Assembly (NCBI GenBank): GCA_000708835.1
Contig: DF237473.1
Span: 1-63,886 of the forward strand
From: Klebsormidium nitens
Taxonomy: Eukaryota > Plantae > Klebsormidiophyceae
Direction of reading: 5' to 3'
DNA length: 63,886 bases
A program made the translations under genes and the position numbers. Positions 1-10,800 of this stretch are shown here, piece after piece. Under the pieces are notes generated by a model. That model had not been told where the DNA came from. It made no database searches and saw only the letters and a program-made list of their open reading frames with translations. The first letter of the stretch is position 1. Each line of letters opens with the position of its first letter.

Positions 1-134
1 AATGAGCTGTAGCATGATCTTCATACTTCAGTATTTCCTGGCTTCGCAGCAGATCTAGACTTGGTTTCAAAATACTCGGGGCACAAACTTTGGTTCGGAG
101 TGGTTCGAAACCCCCAACCCGATTCCTAACTTCC

Positions 135-390
135 CGTTTTTTGGCGCAGGCGTCTCGCGCAAGCTGACTGACGGCCCGCGCGGCGTCGCGGTCGCGTGGG
201 CGAAACCCATAAAAACCCAAAAACGTCTACTACTATTGAACAACAACGTCAAAACATTGACCCATACTAAACCCGGTTCTTGACGCAGGCGACTCCCGCG
301 ATCTGATCGACGGCACGCGCGGCGTCGCGGTCACTCGCGTGGGTCGTCCCGACCACGTACCACGCCCGCCGCGCTGCGCGCCGCGTGGGT
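135..390 (+). repeat. Two intronic echoes of the acceptor plus 5' part of kinase exon 473-690
   Basis: gcgcaggcg...gacggcccgcgcggcgtcgcggtcgcgtggg at about 144-200 and 284-390 vs the true exon at 467-570. Confidence 0.85.
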
Positions 391-472
391 CAAACAAACC
401 CTCAAAATAACCCAAATACTCAATATTACACATTGATAACAACCATAGTAAACTCATGTTTTTTTGGCGCAG

Positions 473-3311
473 GCGAGTCGCGTGATCTTATCGACGGCCC
501 GCGCGGCGTCGCTGTCGCGTGGGTCGTCCCGACCACCACGCCGGCCGCGCTGCGCGCCGCGCTTAAGCGCACGGGTTTCCCGACCATCGTCAACAAACCG
601 CTGTACGAGTCGAAGCTCCACCGGCTTCTGCACACCCTGGCCGGGGCGCGCGACGAGGACCTGCCATGCGCTGGCTGCAAAAACTGCCCGGTGAGGGATG
701 TCACCATATGTACAACTCTTCTCGACAAAGCTGCCATCGAGTCTCAAGTGCTCCGAGCATCTTTCCTCGCTTCCTGCGTCTGTTTCGGGTTTGTGATTGT
801 TCCATCTTGAAATGAATTTCGTGTTTGTCTACAAATTCAATGGGCGTGGAAAAGGCGCTATCATACAACTACAAAAGACTGCCAGGCAAAACAGCCGCAA
901 TCTCAGCGGCCAAATCACCGGTGCAGCGGTGCTGCATACACCTACGAACGATGTTTTAGTTCCTTGCGACATGGTATGCTTTCGGTCGCATACATTCAAA
1001 GCGTTCAAAATTCTGCAGGGGAGCCGAAAGGAGGAGGGGAAAGGCAAAGCCCCTCTCACCCGGCCCACCCCCCGGTTATCCGAACAGGTCGGTAATTACC
1101 GGTCGGGTTATGGGGACGGCGGCGGTACTCTAATGCGGACACAGAGCGCGCCTTTGGAGATGGGCTGGGATCGGGAGGAGTGCCACGTGGCAAACAATGA
1201 TTGCATCGTGGCTGAGATGGGCGACCAGCCGCTGCGGGGGATGGTTGTTTTGGTCGCCGAGGACAACCCGGTTTTGCAAATGGTCGCCGCAAAAACTGTG
1301 ACGAGGCTCGGGGCGCAGGTATTCCCTGCTCACATCTCTCAGTACTGAAATGAGAAAGAATTGAACAATCATGCTTATCGAAACAGGTTTTCAGTTTTTA
1401 GCGCTTTCCTTCTTTTCACCCAATCTTCTTTCTTCTCAGGTTAGCGCCTCTATCTCCTTCCCTGCACATCCATTCGCAGCAACAACCTCACTTCGACGAC
1501 GGATGCCGTTTAGCATTCCCTCTGTCACTTTTTCCGTTGAAGCGAAGTCTTGGAGAAGCCAAAGTTATCCTCATAATCTTCTCTACTTCTGACAAAAAGA
1601 TTCTCCGCGGCCACATCGACACCCTCTCGGATCTGCATGTTCAAAAAGGCTTGAGAGTCTATACACCCAATCACTAATCGATCTTAAACAAACTCCCTCC
1701 GAGGGGGAACGACTCATTGATCCCCGGCATATCAGTTAGCGGAAGTTGTCCAGCTTCGAACCGTCTCAAAACCACCCGTTTCATTGCCCCGCTTTTGCGG
1801 TATGCAAGTCCGCAAACTCCATCTGATGACCTGCGTACGGCCAGATTGTAAATCACAAGATAAGGTGACGGAGCTCGGGGCGCAGGTTGTGACGGCGAGT
1901 GACGGCGGCGAGGCGATGGAAGCGATCGTGCGACGGCGCGAGTCGACGAGCCAGATGTTTGATTTCATTTTGCTCGACTGCCAGGTAAACTTTCGTTCTC
2001 TAAAATAGGTATAGAAAGCTCAACTTATAGTAACTGGGACAGGTAGGGTTATTATGGGTGGTTAAAGTGGGTACGGGTGCGGAGCGGGTGATTATTTGGG
2101 TTTATGGTTAAATGGGCAGATCGGTATCAACAACACGAGCCCCTCATACACATTGGACGTGACTGGAACCGTAAGAGCTACAAACACGGTGATGGTTAAA
2201 GTGTTAGCTTCGTTCTTGAATTCACAATAAGTTTTGAAAGTCTTATGTCGCCGGGGCGCACGGAACTCTCGGTTAAAGGGTTCGGTTAAACGTCTGGTCA
2301 TGATTGTTAACCCGGTCTTACTTCATCCAGGTAGGAATTCATTCAAAACATTCCTGTTGGTCTTAGCGGCCATACTCCCCTCTTGTTCACGCGGTAGATA
2401 GACAGCTTTGATCAGCGTCTTCGTTTCCTTTTTTGAACCGGAGGTTTGGGATCAACGCATTCGATCAGCTTCTTCGTTGGGCAAGCCTGTGATCCTTATG
2501 CCTTTCTACGAATCCTCCCGTCATGGTGCGAGGGAACAGAAGCGCTGATTGGATCACAGAAAGGGTTTGTAGAGTCGACCAAGAGAAACTGTCGGGTTGT
2601 ATCCTGGCGATCTGAGTGCGAGAGTCGCAGCCAAAGCGCTCCTCAAAACGGCAGGAGGCTCTACTTGGCAGCCGTGCTGTGCTGCAACAAGAGAGGGCTC
2701 CTTTCGATTCGCCAATTGCCGTTCAGATACGTTGCCGCTCTCACAGGCGAAAGTGGCTGCTCTGCTTGGTCGGATTGCGGAAGCCAGTCTTGGATCAGCG
2801 TTGCCAAATCTGATTGTCTGGAAGAAGGCCGACAATCGACCAGAAGATAATCAGTAAGGTTGCGCGTCGACCGAAAACCTACTTGGCCTCCAGTGTTGCC
2901 TTTGTAGGACCGACAAGTAGGAGGTACGATACTTTTCAAGGCTTATTACTCCTGTGGTATGTAACTTGGGTTACCACGTGGATCTGAAAAGCCATCGATC
3001 CGATTGGCTGAAAAACCTGGAAAGCGTTTTGCAGCTTTTCGGTCGAGGCGCACCCTAAGCAGTTTGCTCCGATTCTACAGATGCCCGTGATGAGTGGTCT
3101 CGAAGTGACGCGCCGCCTCCGCGAACTAGAGGCGGCCTCTCGGGAGCACACCCCGGTCGTGATGCTCACAGCCAGCGCCACGCCCGGGGAAGACCCCCGG
3201 GCCTCCGAAGAGGCGGGGGTGGATTTGTACCTTACGAAACCCATAGATGCTCGCTCGTTTGTTCAGAACGTTACGGCGATCCTTCGGGAAAAAGGAGAGC
3301 CGAGAAATTAG
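473..3311 (+). CDS. Hybrid histidine kinase, AHK1/CKI1-like, 3' part only (pseudo-receiver plus C-terminal receiver domain); 5' part lies upstream of the window
   Basis: Phase-consistent exons 473-690, 1019-1318, 1886-1984 and 3081-3311, all GT-AG. The joined protein has VNKPLYESKLHRLL (recalls the AHK1 degenerate receiver), then a full receiver: VLVAEDNPVLQM...FILLDCQMPVMSG...VMLTAS...YLTKP, with phospho-acceptor Asp and Lys intact. Subfamily assignment is from recalled motifs. Confidence 0.85.
2036..2110 (+). repeat. Solo copy of the same ~70-bp arm in a kinase intron
   Basis: ggtagggttattatgggtggttaaagtgggtacgggtgcggagcgggtg aligns to 40956-41005 at roughly 75% by eye. Confidence 0.55.
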
Positions 3312-4712
3312 AGTGGGTGGGCTCGGACAAGACGGCGCACAGTTGCGGGGCTAGAAAAAGACGCATGGATGTCCGCACGTTTGCTCAGAACGTGATAACC
3401 GCGCTCCTTCAGGAGAATACGAGGAATTGACCGAGGAGTTAACCGAGGAGTTAGTTAAGCGAGGAATCACTTGAACGAGGAAACACTTAATGAGAGTGGT
3501 GGGCTAATACTGTGGCGCACAATGATTAGCGCAGCTAGAAGGCAACGCGGCACCAAAAGCAGGGTGGACGAGTTGAACGCCGTGCCCAGGGATCCCTCCA
3601 GCTGACGCCAGCTGACCATCATCCTGGTTGGCTAACAGGTAATCAGGTTATATTTGAAACCTTTTCGTAAGTGCGGCAGATCCTCTGGTCTTGGGGAAGG
3701 TTGGTCGTACCTGCTCGTAAGGTTCTGAGCAGGTAATAAGTAGACGATACCGCGGAAAAGGTTGCATGCCGTCAAAACTTTTGCAGACTAACGTAGAATC
3801 TGCATCATTCATTAGGTGTACTTTATTACAAACGCTTGTTAAAACTAGGACAGACAAAACTGTACTGATATATCATACACAGGACGGAGTGGGATTTAGG
3901 CAATCATTAGGAGGTGCATGGAAAGTGGAGGAGCACTCTCAAAGTCAAATTGAACGTTAGGAAGGCAGGACTTCAAGCGACTGTGGTCAAAATGGACACA
4001 AATTGGTACGCAATCAACTTATATCTAGGTTGATTTTGAAGTTTGGACATTGAATCGATTCTCCAAGGCGGCTCGAGGTTATTTTAATTGGCCCACATCT
4101 GAAATTAAATTGAACCATTTCGAGCCCTTTTCGAGCAGCATAACGTTTGCTAGCGGCCACATTTCCGGTCAGATTTGCCTAGCTGCCGGAAAATCCGTCG
4201 GTGAAGTGCACGGACCCGGCCGACCCGGGCACGTCTCGCCTTTCCTGGGATCACTGGACTACAGGCTGTCCAGTGATCTCAGACTAGATCACGTACAGGC
4301 TTTAATATGATTGCACACTGATCGACATCAGCGGATATATGGATAGTAGATCATTGGCATCGCCAAAACAAATTTATTATTCAGTCGCATCAAATTTATG
4401 AGTCGGACATATAATTGGACATATTGGCCCGCGGCCCGCCATTAAAGCTTGCTGGATCAAATAGACAATCCAATCATCAAAATACTTGGTTGGGTCGGAC
4501 GTAGATGCGGCCATAAAGTGGCCCCGTGGCAACCGGCCATGGCGCGTCCGCGTCCCAAGTCTTGCGGACTGCAGTGCACGTGCAAGAGTGAATATATCAT
4601 TGGTGCACTGCCAGAGGTATTGATTTATGGCTCGATCGTGCACAGTGCACAGGCTGCAGCTAGAGAGTTGGGAATTAAAGGTGTCAGGAAGAATTCTGAG
4701 CCGGCCGGGGCG

Positions 4713-4785
4713 GGCCGGCGGCCCACACAGCGGTGCACAGTGCACATGTACCTTCCACGTGCCACGCTGTGTCCCGCCGCCGGCC
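4713..4785. other. GC-rich interrupted hairpin
   Basis: ggccggcggc (4713-22) pairs with gccgccggcc (4776-85), and acacagcg (4725-32) pairs with cgctgtgt (4765-72). Confidence 0.55.
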
Positions 4786-7700
4786 GGGCCGCGCGCTTCC
4801 TGACAAGGCCAGACAAGGCGACCGCAGAAGCAACTTAGGCCTGATCATTCGGATCACATGGACCATACGCCAGGTTCATTTTATCGAAGAACATCAACAC
4901 TAGGACTAAAATCAAGCATGCAATGTGAAGTGCATGAACAGACCCTCTGCTTGTGAAAACATAGTACAATCAACTGTCCCGCAATCATACTAAGAACTTG
5001 GAACCATAATTCTCGCGGCGCCTCTATCTGCGATCGGTACAGAGGAGCTAATCTTCATGAATACAGAACTGCATATAGCTCATGGTGCCGCGCGCCCCGG
5101 CATGCATCATTTGTGCCACGCTCCGACCGTCAGCTGGCATCGTGTCAAAACATAAAAACACCTTTATAGCGGTGCACTGAACTCCGCTTTTTCGAAGTCG
5201 AGGGGGGCATAGAAGCCGGTTTTGAGTAAAACCCGAATTTGCCCGAGAGGGTATGGAAGCCGGTTCTGCTTTTCCCTCTCCAACTTCACTTCTGGGGCGG
5301 GGTTATGGAAGTTGGTTCAAGGCGTTGCAGTTGTTGGAGGGGGGCTGTTTCAAGAAGAGCGACGTTTCCATGGGGTCGTTTTTCCCGGCAACGTAGACCC
5401 CCAACAAGGATCCCGTGTCTACGGAGAGAAAAACAAACGCGGACATACGAGCTGTTTTTTGAAGGTTTTAGGGCTATACGTATGTGTCTAGTTCTTGAAG
5501 GGCACATGGTTCTAATAATCTGAGTGGTTCTAATAACAGCTGAGTTACAGTAAAACCTGATTAAAGCGTTTTGCAAGCCAGAGCAAAGGTAGAGGGGGGG
5601 GAAGCGGTCGGTGCCGATGTTGTACTACTAGGGGTCAAAACTCGATCGACTAGAGAGCCCCCCCCCCTGGAGGTCGCGCGGTTTTAGATGCTTATGGGCC
5701 TTCAGTTGGACCCCCTGGAATTGCCGGTTTTTAAACCGGAGTTCGGTGCACCACTGCAAAAGTATATTGACACGATGCCGCAGCCTAGCTGGGCCGGCGC
5801 CTGCGCGCGCTGGCGTGCTGGCACTAGGAGTATACGTGGCAGCCATGACGGGGCGGCCTGCATGCACGGCCCATGACCCGGCCGGACTCACCGATGTTTT
5901 TAATGGAAGCGCATGCGCATGCAACGGTCGGACTCCTCGAAGGTTCGAGTGGCTATCATGCGTAAACCATTCCAATGGAGGTATACCATCGTTATATGCA
6001 TGAGAAGCCCCAGTGGCGAGTGTGGCAGGCCGCCTACTCGGCTATACGGCGTATTAATTGTCGAGAAGAGACCATCATCGGCCGACCTGCTAGTTAAAGT
6101 AAGCTCTCCAAGGACTCCGACGAGCCAAATGATTAAGTTAGTGCACTCAGTGATTCAAAGAAATCATGCACAGCCTGCGATCCCAGAGTCACTCAGTAGC
6201 TAGCTGATTCCGACCATTCAGCTTTCTTCGTTCAATCAAGCAACTTATACGATAAATTGATCGACGCCGGTTGAGCTTGATGAGCGGGCTGAGCAATCGA
6301 TTGGACCAGAGTCGGACACCGGACAAGGATATGATTATAAGGAAACCGTAAATAATTGTCAACTTATGAATGCAATCCCTAACGTACCAGAAAACCTAGC
6401 TAGCAACTAAAACAATGATTGTCTTAATGTCAATCGATTTATTCCCCCTACCCAGCGATCTTACAACCGGAACTCGAAAGTCGCTGCAAATACAACGCAT
6501 GCTCAGGCTTGTACGTGATCTCTAACAGTGCAATGACAACTTGGAATTGCCTTTGCCTATTTCGTAGGTGCTTGCGCTTCTTTGCACTGTCTATTGAGGT
6601 AGTAAACCCGAAATGCGGCTGCTAGTACCCCTGTCCAAAATAAGATTGCAAAAAACGCTAGTGCTAATCTTAACGCAACAACAACAGAGCAACACCAACC
6701 AAGGTCAAGTGGAGGTGGATTCTTCCCATGCTGAGTTGAGTCACCATGTAAAATGTCAAAATAGTAAGAACCCACCTATCAGATACACAACCACCGCTGA
6801 ATGCTCCAACAATGCTTAGACTCGCGGCCTTGCACCTAACTTCTCGCAAGACGCACAGAAAATCTTCGTAAACCTCCTAACCCCACATGTTAACCCCACA
6901 ACGAGCCACGTGGCACCCCCGAAACACCGCCCCTTGAGCTTGCGCCATCCGCCCCCATGCACTGCGTCACGTCGGCCCCAGTAAAAACCTCAGTCGTACC
7001 ATACTCTTTGCACGCGTCTGCACTATGCGTATTGGCCCGTTGCTTGCGATGCGCGTCTGCACACTATGTATCAATTACAAGGGAAGCGACGCCGACTGAT
7101 CAACACCTCATGACACGGGAAGCCCTTCTTGACTGCCCCGTGCCAACACCCACCGATCTCGGTTCCAGTTTCAGTGACCGACAGTAGCCGCAGCACGATC
7201 TCGTTACGCCAGTCCTTCTTCCGCTCTCCGTGCAACTCTCCAGCCACGCGTCCAAAACACCCGCCGTTTTGTTCACCACTCGTCAACCTACCGCTCTCAC
7301 CGACTTTTCGGTCAGCTCTAACCAGAACACCCTCCTCTCCCAAACCTCTTTTCCCCTCCGGCCACCGTTTTCCCGGTTTCCGAGCAGAGTCCAGAATAGT
7401 CGTCAACGCAACAACCGTTCGACCCCACTACCGCTCCCCTTCCCCGAACATCGAAGCTTCACTACAACACTTCTTTTTGAGCACAAACATTCAATGTACA
7501 CAATCTTTCGTCAACAATAGTCCTTAATGCACAAGAGCATTGACACCTCGTCATCTGACAATAACCTCCCCAAACCCAGCCCCTCAACCCGCCTCACAAC
7601 GGCGGGTCAACTGTCGACCCTAGTCCAGGTAACCCTGCTGGTAAAGACCCCCCATACTTCCCTCCAACCCCGTTAGCAGACATCACCCCACCCCCGGAAA

Positions 7701-7883
7701 CCCCCCCCCATCGACGAGGGGTTCTGGAACCCCCCACGGCGCTCCTCCGCGCCCCACCCGGCTTCAAACCGCTTCGCCATGGTCTCCGCCGCCGCCCCAC
7801 CCGAGAAGCCGCCAGACGACCCCCCCGAAATGAAACCGTCCCTCTCGCCCGGATGCGAGAAACTCCAGTCCGCACTGCCGAGG

Positions 7884-10800
7884 CTAGTGGTGCGGCGGTA
7901 CTCCCCCTGTTGTGGGGGGGGCACCCATTCCCGTCACGGAGCTGCCGTACTCGCGGGCAAACTTGCTGACGTTGCTGTGGCCCCTGCTGGCGTCAGCGAC
8001 GGCCCTGCTGACGTCACCCCCCGCGAAGCTCTGCGCGCGCGCGAGGTCGCTGAACCCCTGGTGGTCCATCCCGTAGTGGGGGGGTCCGCTGCGCCCGGAC
8101 TCCGCCCCCCCGGAGAGAAACACCTCGCTGCTGACGCGGTTCCCGCTGAGCGTCCTCAGCGTCTCCTTGCGCAGCGACATCAGCCCCCCGTCGCGCGGCT
8201 CCTCGTACCGGGGGGGTGGCATCGCTTGGGGCGTGTACCCCCCCGCAGCGGCGAAATTCCCATCTTGAGGGAGGCACGTGCGGCACCGGGGGGGCTGCCC
8301 GTTGATGACCGGTTTGAACGGAACAGTACTCTCACGACCGCACATCGAACACGGGCCACGGTACAGGGGTTTCCCGAGGCGCGTGTCGGTCCCGGTGTAT
8401 TTCCAGTCGGGGCGGCACGGGAGGCCGGAGGAAGGCCCCGAACCGCTGCGCAGCATCTTGCTCTGCTTGTCCTTGTGGCGGCGCACGTAGACGTCCTCGC
8501 CGTCTGCAGGAAATCGGACGGTTCAGAGAAAAGAAGAATGGACAGCAATGAAAACGAAGCGCACGAAAGCTCGAGGCAGAAACGAAAAAAGAAGCCCTAA
8601 AACGGTGTCCATTGCACTTCTTCGTGTCTCGGTATCACTGTCGTCTCGCGACTGTTTCGCAATTGCCATAAAGCGATCAAAGGAGGCAGGGCCGCATAAC
8701 TGACGCAACACACAGAAGGCGAACTGGACACTATCGATCGAGCCATGGAGAAGCTAGCGAAACGGAGAAAAACAAGAGGATAACAAAGAAGGGCAACCTT
8801 ATCCAACAAGTGGGCAAAACGAATCTGCTTTCCGTCCACCAGCCTTTGCGCACTTCTTTTTTTGGTTGACGAGCAACCAACGAGAAAAACGAGCAGATCG
8901 AAAAAGAAGGGAAGGAAAACGGAGGAAACTCGATCTGTTCTGAGATAACAGAAGCGAGCAGAACAGAGGAAATGAAAACGGGAACCGTGGGAAAGGAACT
9001 GACCAAAGAAGTTGGCGAAACGAATCTGCTCGATCTCCAGCCACCAGCCTCTGGCGCACTTTCAAATTTGGTCAACGAGCAACGAGAAAAGCTAGCAGAC
9101 CGAGAAAAGAAGGGAAGAAAAACGAAGGGAAACTCAGTCTGCTCCGAGAGGGAAGAAGCGAGCAGAACGGAGGAGAAAGGAATACGGTGAGCAAAGAAGG
9201 TTACCAGAAAAGTAGGCTAACCATCTGCTCTCTGGCCACCAGCATTGACGCACTTGTTCGGCTGTTGATAACCGGATTATGAGAAATGGAGAACTAAGAA
9301 GAAAAGGGGAAAGCTCACCGAAGAAGTTGGCGAACCGAATCTGCTCTCCAGCCACCAGCCTCTGACGCACCTCCTCGTTGGTCCAGTAGCTAAACTCCAC
9401 GATCGCGAACCACTTGCCGGGGTGGTTCTTGTTCTCGCGGACGAGCGTCTTGGAAACAGCGCCGTAGCGGGAGAAGAGCTGTTCTGCGTACTGTTCCGCG
9501 TTGCTGCAAAGGGGAAAAGTGCCAATAGGGTTACAAGTGAAAGGACCAGGATTTCGGGCTTTCAAGGTAGTTAAAGGTGTTGTGGAGGTTTCTGCCTCGA
9601 GGGTCTTCGTCGCCAGTACTGAATCTCCCTTTTGGATTTGCCCTGGAAGCAGCGCCAAAGCGCGAGAAGAGCTGTCTGCGTACTGTTCGGCATTGCTGCA
9701 AGGGAATAATACGTGTTGATAAGAGTACACCCTTGACTTCTTCCTCGAATATCTTCGTCGCCAGTTTCAGATTGCCCTTTTGAATTTGCCCCAGAAACAG
9801 CACCGGAGGAAGTGCAGAGCTGTTCTGCGTACTGTTCAAGACAGGTGAATCACTAAACAGATTCTGGCCGGTTCAAATCGTCCAATAAGACAAACACATT
9901 GATCAAGCAATTCAACACTATGATCCTGGCGAATTCACTACCTGGCGAATTCACTCCCCTGGAAAGTTTTGCAAAGGTAACTCACTACTCGAATCCTGGC
10001 CGGTTCGGATCCCGAACAAAGCCAAGAATATCCGAAAAGAGTCAACCCTATAATCCTGGCCGGTTGACGTCACTGGGAACATTTGAGCAGGTGACTCACT
10101 ACTCGAATCCGGGCCGATTCGGATCCCCCGACAGGAACGTCGCGACAAACTTCGCCGGCAACTGGCTGATGTTCACTTTCGGGCACAGGTCGTCCTGCGG
10201 CGAAAATTCGACGAAGATGGAGTCGTCCTTCTCCGAGCGGTGTTCCAGCGCCTCGGGGGAGAACCCTGCGTAATCGCGAGCCCAAGGGTCGTGGGCTGCC
10301 AGGCGGGCGGGGGGCTTGACCGGTAGGGCCAGCTGCTGAGACCGGTAGAACTGCAGCCAAGAGACGCATTGTTTTAGCAAGACAATGGAGTGATGAAATC
10401 AATATCCGTAACGTCAAAGTGTCGAACGAGGTGGCAATCAAGGCGGAAGGGGTCGCATTCTGCAAGGCGCGCGGGGGGCTTGCCCGGTAGAGCCAACTGC
10501 TGGGTGCAGTAAAACTGCGCACAAACAAAATTGCTCTTAGCAAGACCAGTGAAGCGATGGATTCTACTTTTCGCCCGTTGAGAAGTTGTACGAGGTTGCA
10601 ATTGATAAGGAAGGGGTCGTGGGCTGCGAGGACAGACCCCCAAAAGCATCCTCGAAAATCAGATAACACAGCATCAAGAGATGGCTGTTTGCTCAAGAAA
10701 GCAGAACAGACCCTTGGTTCTTTCCGGAACAAGGAAAAGACATGCAGCAAGCATTCAACCTGCGATTCTGCCCCCACTCCACTTGACGCAGTATTCTGCT

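Noticed and set aside
2446-2940. ORFs inside the last kinase intron
   Set aside because: No recognisable family, in-frame stops, and no splice phase that would place them in the receiver domain.
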